This document shows positions 32,413 through 39,545 of a stretch of 64,000 bases of DNA, piece by piece. Source of the DNA: Eubacteriales bacterium (GTDB taxonomy: Bacteria; Bacillota; Clostridia; Oscillospirales; CAG-272). The notes under the pieces were generated by a model that did not search any database, was not told the origin of the DNA, and worked only from the letters and a program-made list of their open reading frames with translations. The position numbers and the translations under genes are program-made. The DNA is taken from the NCBI GenBank assembly GCA_045612715.1, contig JAZKZP010000125.1:9943-73942 (forward strand), in the 5' to 3' direction. Numbering within the stretch: position 1 is the stretch's first letter; the number at the start of each line of letters is the position of its first letter.

Positions 32413-33288
32413 TCATGGATTTTTATCTTTAGTCCACCCCTCGCACTCCATCTCATTCTCTCTCATCTCGGTAACGATTACATACATCGTTCTTCCGAGT
32501 TTGAGAGCAGTAGCGATTGGAAGAGTATCAGCAGTTGGTACAAGTCCTACACTATTTCCGTTGTGCAATACACAAACTGACTTTTTTGTTTCGTCAAGTG
32601 CAAAGTTGAGAACTGTGCAAACCTTTATCTCTGCCATCATTTCCTTTTTATCTCCTGCAATTTGGATTACCAACCGCTTGCGATAGTAAGTATCGCCTTC
32701 AGATAAAGGAGTGGATTTAGGTGCATTTTCATCTTTTTTCTCCGTTTTGAGTGCCTCGACGCGCACGTTGGTTGCCAAAATATCCTTCTTTTCTTCTTTT
32801 TTCTCTACCGATTTTCTTTCGGTGGTGTTTCTTGAAATTGCAAAATTATTAAAGGAAGACTTGGCAGAGGGAGTGACGGTTTTATTCGCTTCCGTCTTTT
32901 TCTCTTTCGCTTCTTTTTTCTTCTTTTCTTCCTTTTTTGGAGAAGTTACAGTAGAAGATTTGAAAGAGGTGTGCTTACCACTCTTGACCTTTGCTTTGTG
33001 TATTGATTTACTGCGTTTTGCTCGTTTAGCAAGTCCCAAAGGTATGAAGAAGAAAGCTATACTTGCTATAAAGAAATTACCCAGCTTATCAAGCAAAATT
33101 TGATTGCTACTCCTTGCCTTTTTGCGTTCTTTGACAGTATAATTCATCGTATGGCGTCTACGTTCATACTCTCTTCTTCTTTGCTTTTCTCTTTTTCTTT
33201 GTGTGTCACTTTTGCGTTGTCCAGAACCGTATGAAATCATAGCGGTAAACGAACGCAACCACCACTTAAACCATCTTTTGAATGACAT
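32413..33288 (-). CDS. Highly basic membrane-anchored protein with a possible HIRAN-like C-terminal domain (291 aa)
   Basis: Has an Arg/Lys-rich N-terminus, one hydrophobic helix (FFIASIAFFFIPLGLA) and a Lys/Glu/Thr-rich linker. The C-terminal segment VLNFALDETKKSVCVLHNGNSVGLVPTADTLPIATALKLGRTMYVIVTE resembles the HIRAN pattern (tentative). Confidence 0.6.
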   Translation of the reverse strand: MSFKRWFKWWLRSFTAMISYGSGQRKSDTQRKREKQRRREYERRRHTMNYTVKERKKARSSNQILLDKLGNFFIASIAFFFIPLGLAKRAKRSKSIHKAKVKSGKHTSFKSSTVTSPKKEEKKKKEAKEKKTEANKTVTPSAKSSFNNFAISRNTTERKSVEKKEEKKDILATNVRVEALKTEKKDENAPKSTPLSEGDTYYRKRLVIQIAGDKKEMMAEIKVCTVLNFALDETKKSVCVLHNGNSVGLVPTADTLPIATALKLGRTMYVIVTEMRENEMECEGWTKDKNP

Positions 33289-33301
33289 AAAAACCTCTTT
33301 A

Positions 33302-33922
33302 TTAATTCAATTCATCAATTACAATCGGAGTGTCACCATTGTTCCATGCATCTATCTGATATTGTAAAATCATATCAAAATACGTTGATTTATGGCAATT
33401 TTGGCATCGAACAGAAAAATCGTTTCGTTCGTCCACCAAAAGCTCACCATTGCCACCACATTCACATTTTCTCGTCAAAAGATGGTTACCAACTGCCATT
33501 TTATTAATCCAACCTCTTTTGAAATACTCTTGTCTATCTATGAATTCTTCTCTTTCATCATATTCATACAATTTCATCTCAAAAGAATCGAATTTGATAA
33601 GCTTATGATTTTCTTCTTGCGATATGGAAATCACTCGTTGTCCCTTGAAAATGGTCTCCTCTTCAGATATCCACTCCTCATCTCCCAAGCCCCAAAGCTC
33701 GTATTTATCTTCAGAGAATTCATAGGACAAATCATAGATATTGAGTCCCCCGTATCCAAGTGTTATAAAGTGGTTCTCCGTTATGAATAAAAGAGCATAT
33801 CCTTCGGTAGTATGGAATGCAAACTCGCCGATGGTTTGCAAAAAGTAATCACTATTCTCTTTTTCGTATTTATCCGCGTATCTAAGTAAATCAACGCTCA
33901 AAATCGGTTCGTTTAAAATCAT
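33302..33922 (-). CDS. Hypothetical protein with a zinc ribbon (206 aa)
   Basis: CECGGNGELLVDERNDFSVRCQNCHKS. Lies 9 nt downstream of the WYL regulator gene. Confidence 0.65.
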   Translation of the reverse strand: MILNEPILSVDLLRYADKYEKENSDYFLQTIGEFAFHTTEGYALLFITENHFITLGYGGLNIYDLSYEFSEDKYELWGLGDEEWISEEETIFKGQRVISISQEENHKLIKFDSFEMKLYEYDEREEFIDRQEYFKRGWINKMAVGNHLLTRKCECGGNGELLVDERNDFSVRCQNCHKSTYFDMILQYQIDAWNNGDTPIVIDELN

Positions 33923-33931
33923 AGTATCACC

Positions 33932-34924
33932 TCAATATCTATCTTTGATATTCTCCAAATATTCCTTAAAGTTCTCAACTGTCTCCTGCGGTGCGAGGAG
34001 CTTGACCTTCTCGCCAAATGATGAACACCAGCCGAAGAAGAGGTCGCTTACTTGAACGTTGACGGTAAAACGCACGGTGTTTTCACCACTTGTAACCATC
34101 TTGGTGTGCTCTCCAAAGAGGTCAAACACGGCATCAACGAGGGATTTGTCAATATCAATTGTCACCGCGGTGGCTTCACCTGAAAACATACCAAAAAGCT
34201 GTTTTTTGTACTGTGCAATATCAAAATGCATCTCCTCGGGTGGAAGCTCAACGTCCTTTGATTGTTCGATTTCCACCTTTTCCATACGGTCAATTCTGTA
34301 GTTTGCAATCTTACAGAATCGACTGTCATAAGTAACAAGATAATAGTGCCCGTCGGCAAAGACCGTGCCAATTGGGTTAACAACATAGTGATGGTGATCC
34401 CTTCTATAAACCTTGTTGTGATTAATATCGTAGTCGAAATAATAGAAAATTATCTTTTTGCCAATGTTAATCGCATTGATTATGGTGTCAACGCTATAAT
34501 AAATGCTCTCGTTGGTGTTTTTTTGTGTATTGAACTTTACAATGTTATTCTGCAAGACAAGTCCCTTTTGGCTACCCGCAAGGTCGGCAATTTTGTGGAT
34601 AAGCTCGGCGCTCTTCTTCTCGGTGATGAACGATGCCGCCTGCACCGCGTCCATCAAAATATGTAGCTCGGGCGCGTCAAAGCTACGGTCTTCAACGTAG
34701 TAAAGATTGCTTCTTCCACGACGGCACATAATCTCATATCCGTGCTCATTGAGAAGCTTGATATCGTCATAAATCGTCGTTCTGTGAGCCTCAATACCAC
34801 TCTCTTGAAGCTTCGCACGAAGCTCCTCCGTGCCCATCGGGTGCTCCTCATCGGTCTCCCTCTTGAGAATTTCATATATCTTCAACGGTCTTATTCTGTT
34901 GTATTTTTCGTTAGCTTTCATCAT
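33932..34924 (-). CDS. HTH + WYL domain transcriptional regulator (CapW/BrxR-like architecture; 330 aa)
   Basis: The N-terminal winged HTH is RPLKIYEILKRETDEEHPMGTEELRAKLQESGIEAHRTTIYDDIKLLNEHGYEI. The WYL-type core is HHYVVNPIGTVFADGHYYLVTY, followed by a C-terminal WCX-like region. Confidence 0.8.
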   Translation of the reverse strand: MMKANEKYNRIRPLKIYEILKRETDEEHPMGTEELRAKLQESGIEAHRTTIYDDIKLLNEHGYEIMCRRGRSNLYYVEDRSFDAPELHILMDAVQAASFITEKKSAELIHKIADLAGSQKGLVLQNNIVKFNTQKNTNESIYYSVDTIINAINIGKKIIFYYFDYDINHNKVYRRDHHHYVVNPIGTVFADGHYYLVTYDSRFCKIANYRIDRMEKVEIEQSKDVELPPEEMHFDIAQYKKQLFGMFSGEATAVTIDIDKSLVDAVFDLFGEHTKMVTSGENTVRFTVNVQVSDLFFGWCSSFGEKVKLLAPQETVENFKEYLENIKDRY

Positions 34925-35005
34925 TTGCTCCTTCTTGATATTTTTCTACAAATACTTTGCAAAAGTCCTCGCACTCTCGACAACGCATTCTGCCTTCAAA
35001 AGTCA

Positions 35006-35401
35006 TCATCTTTTTATTATTTCTAAACCGCGTTGTCTACCTTCTCTTTGAATTATATTCTCACAACATTGCATTAAAAAATCCCAATTATCTTTCATAA
35101 CTGAAGGTATTTTTACTTTGTTTTTGTATACTGTCTTGACTTCAATTAAAGGTTGGTACTTCTCTTCTTTCCAATACGGAGGTGTTTTCACAACATAAGC
35201 TTTATTTATAAATGTCATAAATTCTTCTTCAGTTATTTCACCGTCGTGTTGCCAAAGATACTCATCTAATGCAAGTATTTGCCCAGGAGTCATTCTATCT
35301 GTTTCTATTAATGCCGTTGCCATATTGATGTTATTACAAGCCAATGCTTGCATTATCCTTGTTATGATTTCTTCGTTATCTTCAATCTGTTTTTGATTCA
35401 T
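35006..35401 (-). CDS. Hypothetical protein (131 aa)
   Basis: ORF track entry, 5 nt downstream of the AAA ATPase gene. No motif recognised. Confidence 0.6.
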   Translation of the reverse strand: MNQKQIEDNEEIITRIMQALACNNINMATALIETDRMTPGQILALDEYLWQHDGEITEEEFMTFINKAYVVKTPPYWKEEKYQPLIEVKTVYKNKVKIPSVMKDNWDFLMQCCENIIQREGRQRGLEIIKR

Positions 35402-35406
35402 AGTTA

Positions 35407-36288
35407 TTACTCCTCAAACTCATCTCTATGACTCATAAAAAAGTCATAGTATTTACGAACATTGGGTAATTCAGTCCACGCGCAAGTGTCAACGGGATAT
35501 GCATCTAAATTGTATATCAGCGCATTTTCCAAAGCCAAAAATATCGGTGAATGTGTTGCAATTATAAACTGACTCTTAGTAGCAATTGATGTTGCCAATA
35601 TGTATTTTGCCAAGTCCAATTGATACTCTACCGAAAGACTGTTCTCGGGCTCGTCCAAAAAATACACAGCGTCTTCATCAATTTTATCATAGAAATAGTT
35701 TAGCGCCGTTTCACCGTTTGAAAACAAATCAATATCCCTTGATGAACGGTTTTTGATATATGATGATTTCGAGCGTTTTGGAGAAATAACCTCTTTTACT
35801 TCCTTCCATCTTTCAAAATCGTGCATTCCTCGAAAACTATATATGCTCGGATCCTTCATAAATTGCTCTTGAATATTATCATACCTTTCAATTAAGGAAT
35901 TCTTTTTATCCTCAATATTCTCATTTATCGTTCGAGCATTCAAAACGTATTCAAAAACGTCATCACTTGTCAGGACGTATGAGATTTTGGGATTTTTATA
36001 GTAATCCAAGCTACACATTTTAAGATAATCCTCAAAATAATGTGAATTGTTGAAATCAGAAAATCTTATTGCATTCATTTTGGTCGAAATCACATTAATC
36101 AACGTGCTTTTTCCCGAGCCGTTACCTCCATAAAAGATGGTAATATTGTCAAATTTTACACTTTCCAACATCTTTTCGGGAAATATTTTGAAGGGATAAA
36201 TATTGCTATAACAAGTTAATTTAGAACCACTAAAAAAGCCTGCTTCTCTTTGATCGCTTGGTAAAGTCACTTTATTAAGATAAATCAT
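35407..36288 (-). CDS. Stand-alone ABC-type/AAA_21-like ATPase (293 aa)
   Basis: Walker A is IFYGGNGSGKSTL, the signature-like motif is FSNGE, Walker B is VYFLDEPENSLS, and the H-loop is IIATHSP. Confidence 0.8.
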   Translation of the reverse strand: MIYLNKVTLPSDQREAGFFSGSKLTCYSNIYPFKIFPEKMLESVKFDNITIFYGGNGSGKSTLINVISTKMNAIRFSDFNNSHYFEDYLKMCSLDYYKNPKISYVLTSDDVFEYVLNARTINENIEDKKNSLIERYDNIQEQFMKDPSIYSFRGMHDFERWKEVKEVISPKRSKSSYIKNRSSRDIDLFSNGETALNYFYDKIDEDAVYFLDEPENSLSVEYQLDLAKYILATSIATKSQFIIATHSPIFLALENALIYNLDAYPVDTCAWTELPNVRKYYDFFMSHRDEFEE

Positions 36289-36308
36289 TTATTTTCCCCT
36301 CCTTTGTA

Positions 36309-36563
36309 TTAAAAATCTATAGGTATTCCCTTATCTATTCTTACCGCGGCTCTGACTATTTCCTCTTCAGTTGCTTGTAGGTCGTTTTCACCAACCAATC
36401 TGCTTTTAAGCCAATCAAACCACTTCTGTATTTTTTCCTCAGTATTAAGTTTCATTGCTATTAAGACTTGATTTTCTTGACTTAGAGTAATTATACTATC
36501 AATTGTTACAATCATATCTAATAGAGGCTGCCAATACGGACTTGACTTGTCTAATGTTTTCAT
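36309..36563 (-). CDS. Small hypothetical protein (84 aa)
   Basis: ORF track entry; tightly packed co-directional gene. Confidence 0.55.
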   Translation of the reverse strand: MKTLDKSSPYWQPLLDMIVTIDSIITLSQENQVLIAMKLNTEEKIQKWFDWLKSRLVGENDLQATEEEIVRAAVRIDKGIPIDF

Positions 36564-36564
36564 T

Positions 36565-36777
36565 TCAATTCTCCGTTTCGCTATCCAAATCTATCGAATT
36601 TAATAATTCAATCAACTTAGTTCTTACTTCTTCTTCGTTAAGTTCTGAATCGGTGGATATATCAGTAGCTTTAAGTGCAACTTCTATTGTGCATGAATTT
36701 GCCCAAGAAATCAGTTCTATTGTAGAATGTGAATATCCTGCCAATCTTTTTCTATACTCTTCGCCTTTTAATCTCAT
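36565..36777 (-). CDS. Small hypothetical protein (70 aa)
   Basis: ORF track entry; 1-nt gap to the next gene. Confidence 0.5.
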   Translation of the reverse strand: MRLKGEEYRKRLAGYSHSTIELISWANSCTIEVALKATDISTDSELNEEEVRTKLIELLNSIDLDSETEN

Positions 36778-36780
36778 AAT

Positions 36781-36963
36781 TCAGTCCTCACTTATTTGCA
36801 TTCTTTCCAAGAACTCCCTCTTGCTTATTTTAGGATTTTCCGTTATTAGTTTGTAGCTCTGTTCCAGTTTCCTGTCGTCTACTGCTCTCGCTATTGCTAT
36901 CATCTCCACTTTCAAGTCTCGAAGATAATTCATAACTAACATTCCCTTTTGATAATGTGTCAT
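36781..36963 (-). CDS. Small hypothetical protein (60 aa)
   Basis: ORF track entry; 3-nt gap to the next gene. Confidence 0.45.
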   Translation of the reverse strand: MTHYQKGMLVMNYLRDLKVEMIAIARAVDDRKLEQSYKLITENPKISKREFLERMQISED

Positions 36964-36965
36964 TG

Positions 36966-37151
36966 TTAATACTCCTGCACCAAATCAAGCACCATAATCG
37001 GTGTTGTCACTGTATCAATCATCTTGTGGTCGCTATCGAAAAACTCGACCTCAAACAAGCTCGGCTGATATTTCTGCACGATTGTTCCCTCCGTGCCCTC
37101 AGGTATACCCTCATAATTTTCCGTTAATTTTACTGTGTCAAATTCTTTCAT
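36966..37151 (-). CDS. DUF4926-like small protein (61 aa)
   Basis: MKEFDTVKLTENYEGIPEGTEGTIVQKYQPSLFEVEFFDSDHKMIDTVT fits the DUF4926 pattern (FD.V.L....G...G..GTIV..Y....EVEF.D) as I recall it. Confidence 0.6.
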   Translation of the reverse strand: MKEFDTVKLTENYEGIPEGTEGTIVQKYQPSLFEVEFFDSDHKMIDTVTTPIMVLDLVQEY

Positions 37152-37190
37152 AATCTTCTCCTTTTCGGATTAATCATCTATTATGCAACC

Positions 37191-37219
37191 ATTATACACC
37201 TAAATTTTCCATTTGTCAA
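37191..37219 (-). promoter_or_regulatory. Consensus sigma-A promoter of the small-protein/AAA operon
   Basis: On the minus strand: TTGACA (37219-37214), 17-nt spacer, TATAAT (37196-37191). GACAACT direct repeats lie just upstream. Confidence 0.6.
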
Positions 37220-37281
37220 ACTTTAGTTGTCGCTTTTTGGCAACACCTTAAGAAAGTTGTCAGTTTTTGAAGACAATATGA

Positions 37282-37305
37282 AAAGACGACCTTTCGGTCG
37301 TCTTT
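37282..37305 (-). terminator. Intrinsic terminator after the nucleotidyltransferase gene
   Basis: AAAGACGACC-(4 nt)-GGTCGTCTTT hairpin lies 19 nt after the stop at 37324. A T-run follows on the minus strand. Confidence 0.65.
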
Positions 37306-37323
37306 GATTATATTCAAATACTT

Positions 37324-38049
37324 TTATTTCGATTTCTTCTTCATCGCCGCAGCAATAACGTCATCAACGTTATCGCGGTTTACAACATCGGGATATTTGT
37401 TTGAAATATTAGCAAGAATATCTTTTGCGTCAGTTTCGTACTGGCTAAGCTCGTCAAAAAGCGCTTTCATATCATCGCAAGACAATATTTTCTTAAGCAT
37501 ATCTTTTGTATCGTCTGCGATGCGTGACCAATCGCTATATAATTCAACAACTGCCCTATCAATCATCTCATATGTAATAGGTGCGCCTGCAAGTTGCTGT
37601 TCATAAATAATGCCCGCAACGTCGGAAAGGTCCTTTTTATATTTTCTGCCCGAAACAAGCTTCATTGCAACGAGATACTCAGCTTTAATTGTTCTAACAG
37701 TAAGAACACCTGAAAACTTCTGGTAATATTTTGAATACTCAATAATTTTAGGTGTAAAAGATGATGTTTTCATAAAGTCGTCATTTACCCAACCGTTTGG
37801 CAAGCCAAATTTATCTCCCACCGCATTGATGCATTCCTTCATTATTGATGCCTTTGCATAATAAGCATCAATATCATAAGAAGATGAACGAAAATCATAG
37901 TTTACAAGTATGGACGCGCCACCTACAAGAATAATTTCCATAGGTGTTCCGTGTCCTCTCTTTTTGAGCTCTTTTCCAAGCTCTTTTAAGTAATTCTCAA
38001 TATCCACCTTTGTAAATGGCTTATTATCAATAGACATTCCTAATCTCAC
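37324..38049 (-). CDS. Pol-beta-fold nucleotidyltransferase-like protein (candidate toxin of a type IV/AbiE-like pair; 241 aa)
   Basis: ILVGGASILVNYDFRSSSYDIDAYY matches the G[GS]-x(n)-DxD minimal NTase motif. It overlaps the upstream HTH gene by 23 nt. Confidence 0.65.
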   Translation of the reverse strand: MRLGMSIDNKPFTKVDIENYLKELGKELKKRGHGTPMEIILVGGASILVNYDFRSSSYDIDAYYAKASIMKECINAVGDKFGLPNGWVNDDFMKTSSFTPKIIEYSKYYQKFSGVLTVRTIKAEYLVAMKLVSGRKYKKDLSDVAGIIYEQQLAGAPITYEMIDRAVVELYSDWSRIADDTKDMLKKILSCDDMKALFDELSQYETDAKDILANISNKYPDVVNRDNVDDVIAAAMKKKSK

Positions 38050-38593
38050 TTTCTATAATATTAAATCGAACAAATTCCGGTATAGCATCTATGAAGCTTT
38101 GCTCTTTTACTTTGCTCGTACTATCTAATTTATCCGCAAGCAATACATCCTTTGGATAAATAGGTTTACTAAGTGATTGCATACGAATTTGATTGTATTT
38201 TTCACACAATGGAATGTCATTAATACGGCTCAAATAATCAAGCATAGCAAGTGTATAAAATGCCTCTGGATACCACTTCTTTTTCCAATATCTATTCACA
38301 TCATCGGATTTGAGCGTTTCTATAATATAATCAATATCAGTCAAATCCTTTACAAGATGGCAAACATTACTCTTAAATATTTCAAAGTCAAGTCTAACTT
38401 CAACAACATCTCGTAAAAGATCTTCCATAGGAACGTTCAAAACAGAGGCCAATCTATAAACAGTTTCGGCAGAGCATTTGCCAATATCGGTTTTCCCTTT
38501 TACTATATCAAGCAAGGTCGTGTATGGAATGCCACTTATTTTTGCACATTGATAAACGGACATTTGCCTTTCATTCAAAATTATCTCAAGCAT
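38027..38593 (-). CDS. XRE-type HTH protein (candidate antitoxin/regulator; 188 aa)
   Basis: NERQMSVYQCAKISGIPYTTLLDIVKGKTDIGKCSAETVYRLASVLNVPMEDLL is a Cro/C1-like HTH. Confidence 0.7.
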   Translation of the reverse strand: MLEIILNERQMSVYQCAKISGIPYTTLLDIVKGKTDIGKCSAETVYRLASVLNVPMEDLLRDVVEVRLDFEIFKSNVCHLVKDLTDIDYIIETLKSDDVNRYWKKKWYPEAFYTLAMLDYLSRINDIPLCEKYNQIRMQSLSKPIYPKDVLLADKLDSTSKVKEQSFIDAIPEFVRFNIIESEIRNVY

Positions 38594-38618
38594 AACGTTC
38601 GCCTCCTTTCTTAATAAT

Positions 38619-38647
38619 ATTATAACGGTGCGCCGTTATATTGTCAA
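38619..38647 (-). promoter_or_regulatory. Consensus promoter with a palindromic operator in the spacer
   Basis: On the minus strand: TTGACA (38647-38642), 17-nt spacer, TATAAT (38624-38619). The spacer and -10 contain tataacgg-tgcg-ccgttata (38621-40), an inverted repeat with 8-bp arms. Confidence 0.65.
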
Positions 38648-38663
38648 TAGTTTTTGAGAAAAT

Positions 38664-38855
38664 TTATGTATTAATGTTCATTTCGTTCAAAATTCTTTTG
38701 TGTAAAGAGATCATTGCATCACAAAAACGCGTAATTACTGTCAATGATATATAAGGTGGGTCGCCTTCACGGATTCGCATAGTTCTCCTTATCTCCTTCG
38801 GGATAACCACGCGACCTAAATCGTCAATTCTTCTCACAATTCCTGTTGCTTTCAT
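38664..38855 (-). CDS. Short SpoVT/AbrB-N-terminus-like protein, copy 1 (63 aa; possibly a truncated relic)
   Basis: MKATGIVRRIDDLGRVVIPKEIRRTMRIREGDP is nearly identical to the SpoVT/AbrB swapped-hairpin N-terminus as I recall it. The tail lacks the remaining AbrB-domain strands and any GAF domain. Confidence 0.55.
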   Translation of the reverse strand: MKATGIVRRIDDLGRVVIPKEIRRTMRIREGDPPYISLTVITRFCDAMISLHKRILNEMNINT

Positions 38856-38950
38856 ATATAAAAATCTCCTTTTAATTTAGCTAAATTATCAACCTTCGTT
38901 GTTCTTTTAGTTTTTGTCGTAACAGGAATTTTATTCATACAAAAATAATT
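38664..38950 (-). repeat. SpoVT-like gene+promoter repeat, copy 1 (copy 2 at 52700-52995)
   Basis: Coding region, RBS and ~90 nt upstream (including tttagtttttgtcgtaa.aggaatttta) align by eye with 52700-52995 in direct orientation. Confidence 0.7.
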
Positions 38951-39278
38951 ATTTGAAATATGTATAGAAAAGTAAGATCATCTTAAAAAAATAGAGAGTT
39001 ATATTAATATAACTAATCAATAAAATTACAAAACGATATTGAAAAGCTAACATCGATAGTTCAGGGTCGCAGAGATCAAAGCAACTGGCCAGAAGATTGG
39101 TATTGGAACAAAGAACTTCAACAATTAATATATAAAGGAATGGATCATTTCAACTTTTTAACATTGCCCCTTCCAAGCCATTCTGTCTTTTGGCAGGACA
39201 ATGCGATACCGACGAAAACTACGAAATGATGCTCAAAGCAGACGGATAAAAAAATGACGGCAGATTAAAAATAGTCAA

Positions 39279-39374
39279 TCACGCTATCTTTCTAAGTAAA
39301 TGTTCTTTCGGTACAAGGTCTTCCAACCATACCATTACCACCATATCACTTCCATTTTGTCCTCTGCTTAACAT
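39279..39374 (-). mobile_element. Remnant of an IS transposase N-terminus (IS1182/IS5-like)
   Basis: My translation: MLSRGQNGSDMVVMVWLEDLVPKEHLLRKIA then stop. LEDLVPxxHLLRKI is the conserved N-terminal motif of this transposase group. No transposase body follows. Confidence 0.55.
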
Positions 39375-39471
39375 AACTTTCACCGCCTGCTTATTTCCAC
39401 TTCTATTATACCACATCTCATGCAAAAAAGCCACCTTAAATGGTGACTTTTCGAGAGTCTGGAATAATATA

Positions 39472-39496
39472 CCCCAAAAGCATTATGCTTTTGGGG
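39472..39496 (-). terminator. Intrinsic terminator after the first GH53 gene
   Basis: CCCCAAAAGCA-(3 nt)-TGCTTTTGGGG hairpin followed by a U-rich tail on the minus strand, 50 nt after the stop at 39546. Confidence 0.65.
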
Positions 39497-39545
39497 GTAT
39501 ATCAGTTTTCGGAATAGTCTTAATTTATATAATAAGAATCCCTAT

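Noticed and set aside
32711-33103. 130-aa plus-strand ORF rich in Phe/Ser
   Set aside because: It is the antisense of the Lys/Glu-rich linker of ORF 32413-33288 and has no independent support.
5210-38855. Prophage, ICE or diversity-generating retroelement as an explanation for the island
   Set aside because: No integrase, recombinase, capsid/tail/terminase, conjugation or reverse-transcriptase gene is visible in the window. No tRNA or attachment-site repeat was found at the edges. Only an IS stub and the sbcD scar point to mobility.
38664-38855. Calling the SpoVT-like ORFs the genuine spoVT sporulation regulator
   Set aside because: Only the first ~33-35 residues match. The rest of the AbrB fold and the whole GAF domain are missing, and there are two copies. 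I therefore assign no gene symbol.
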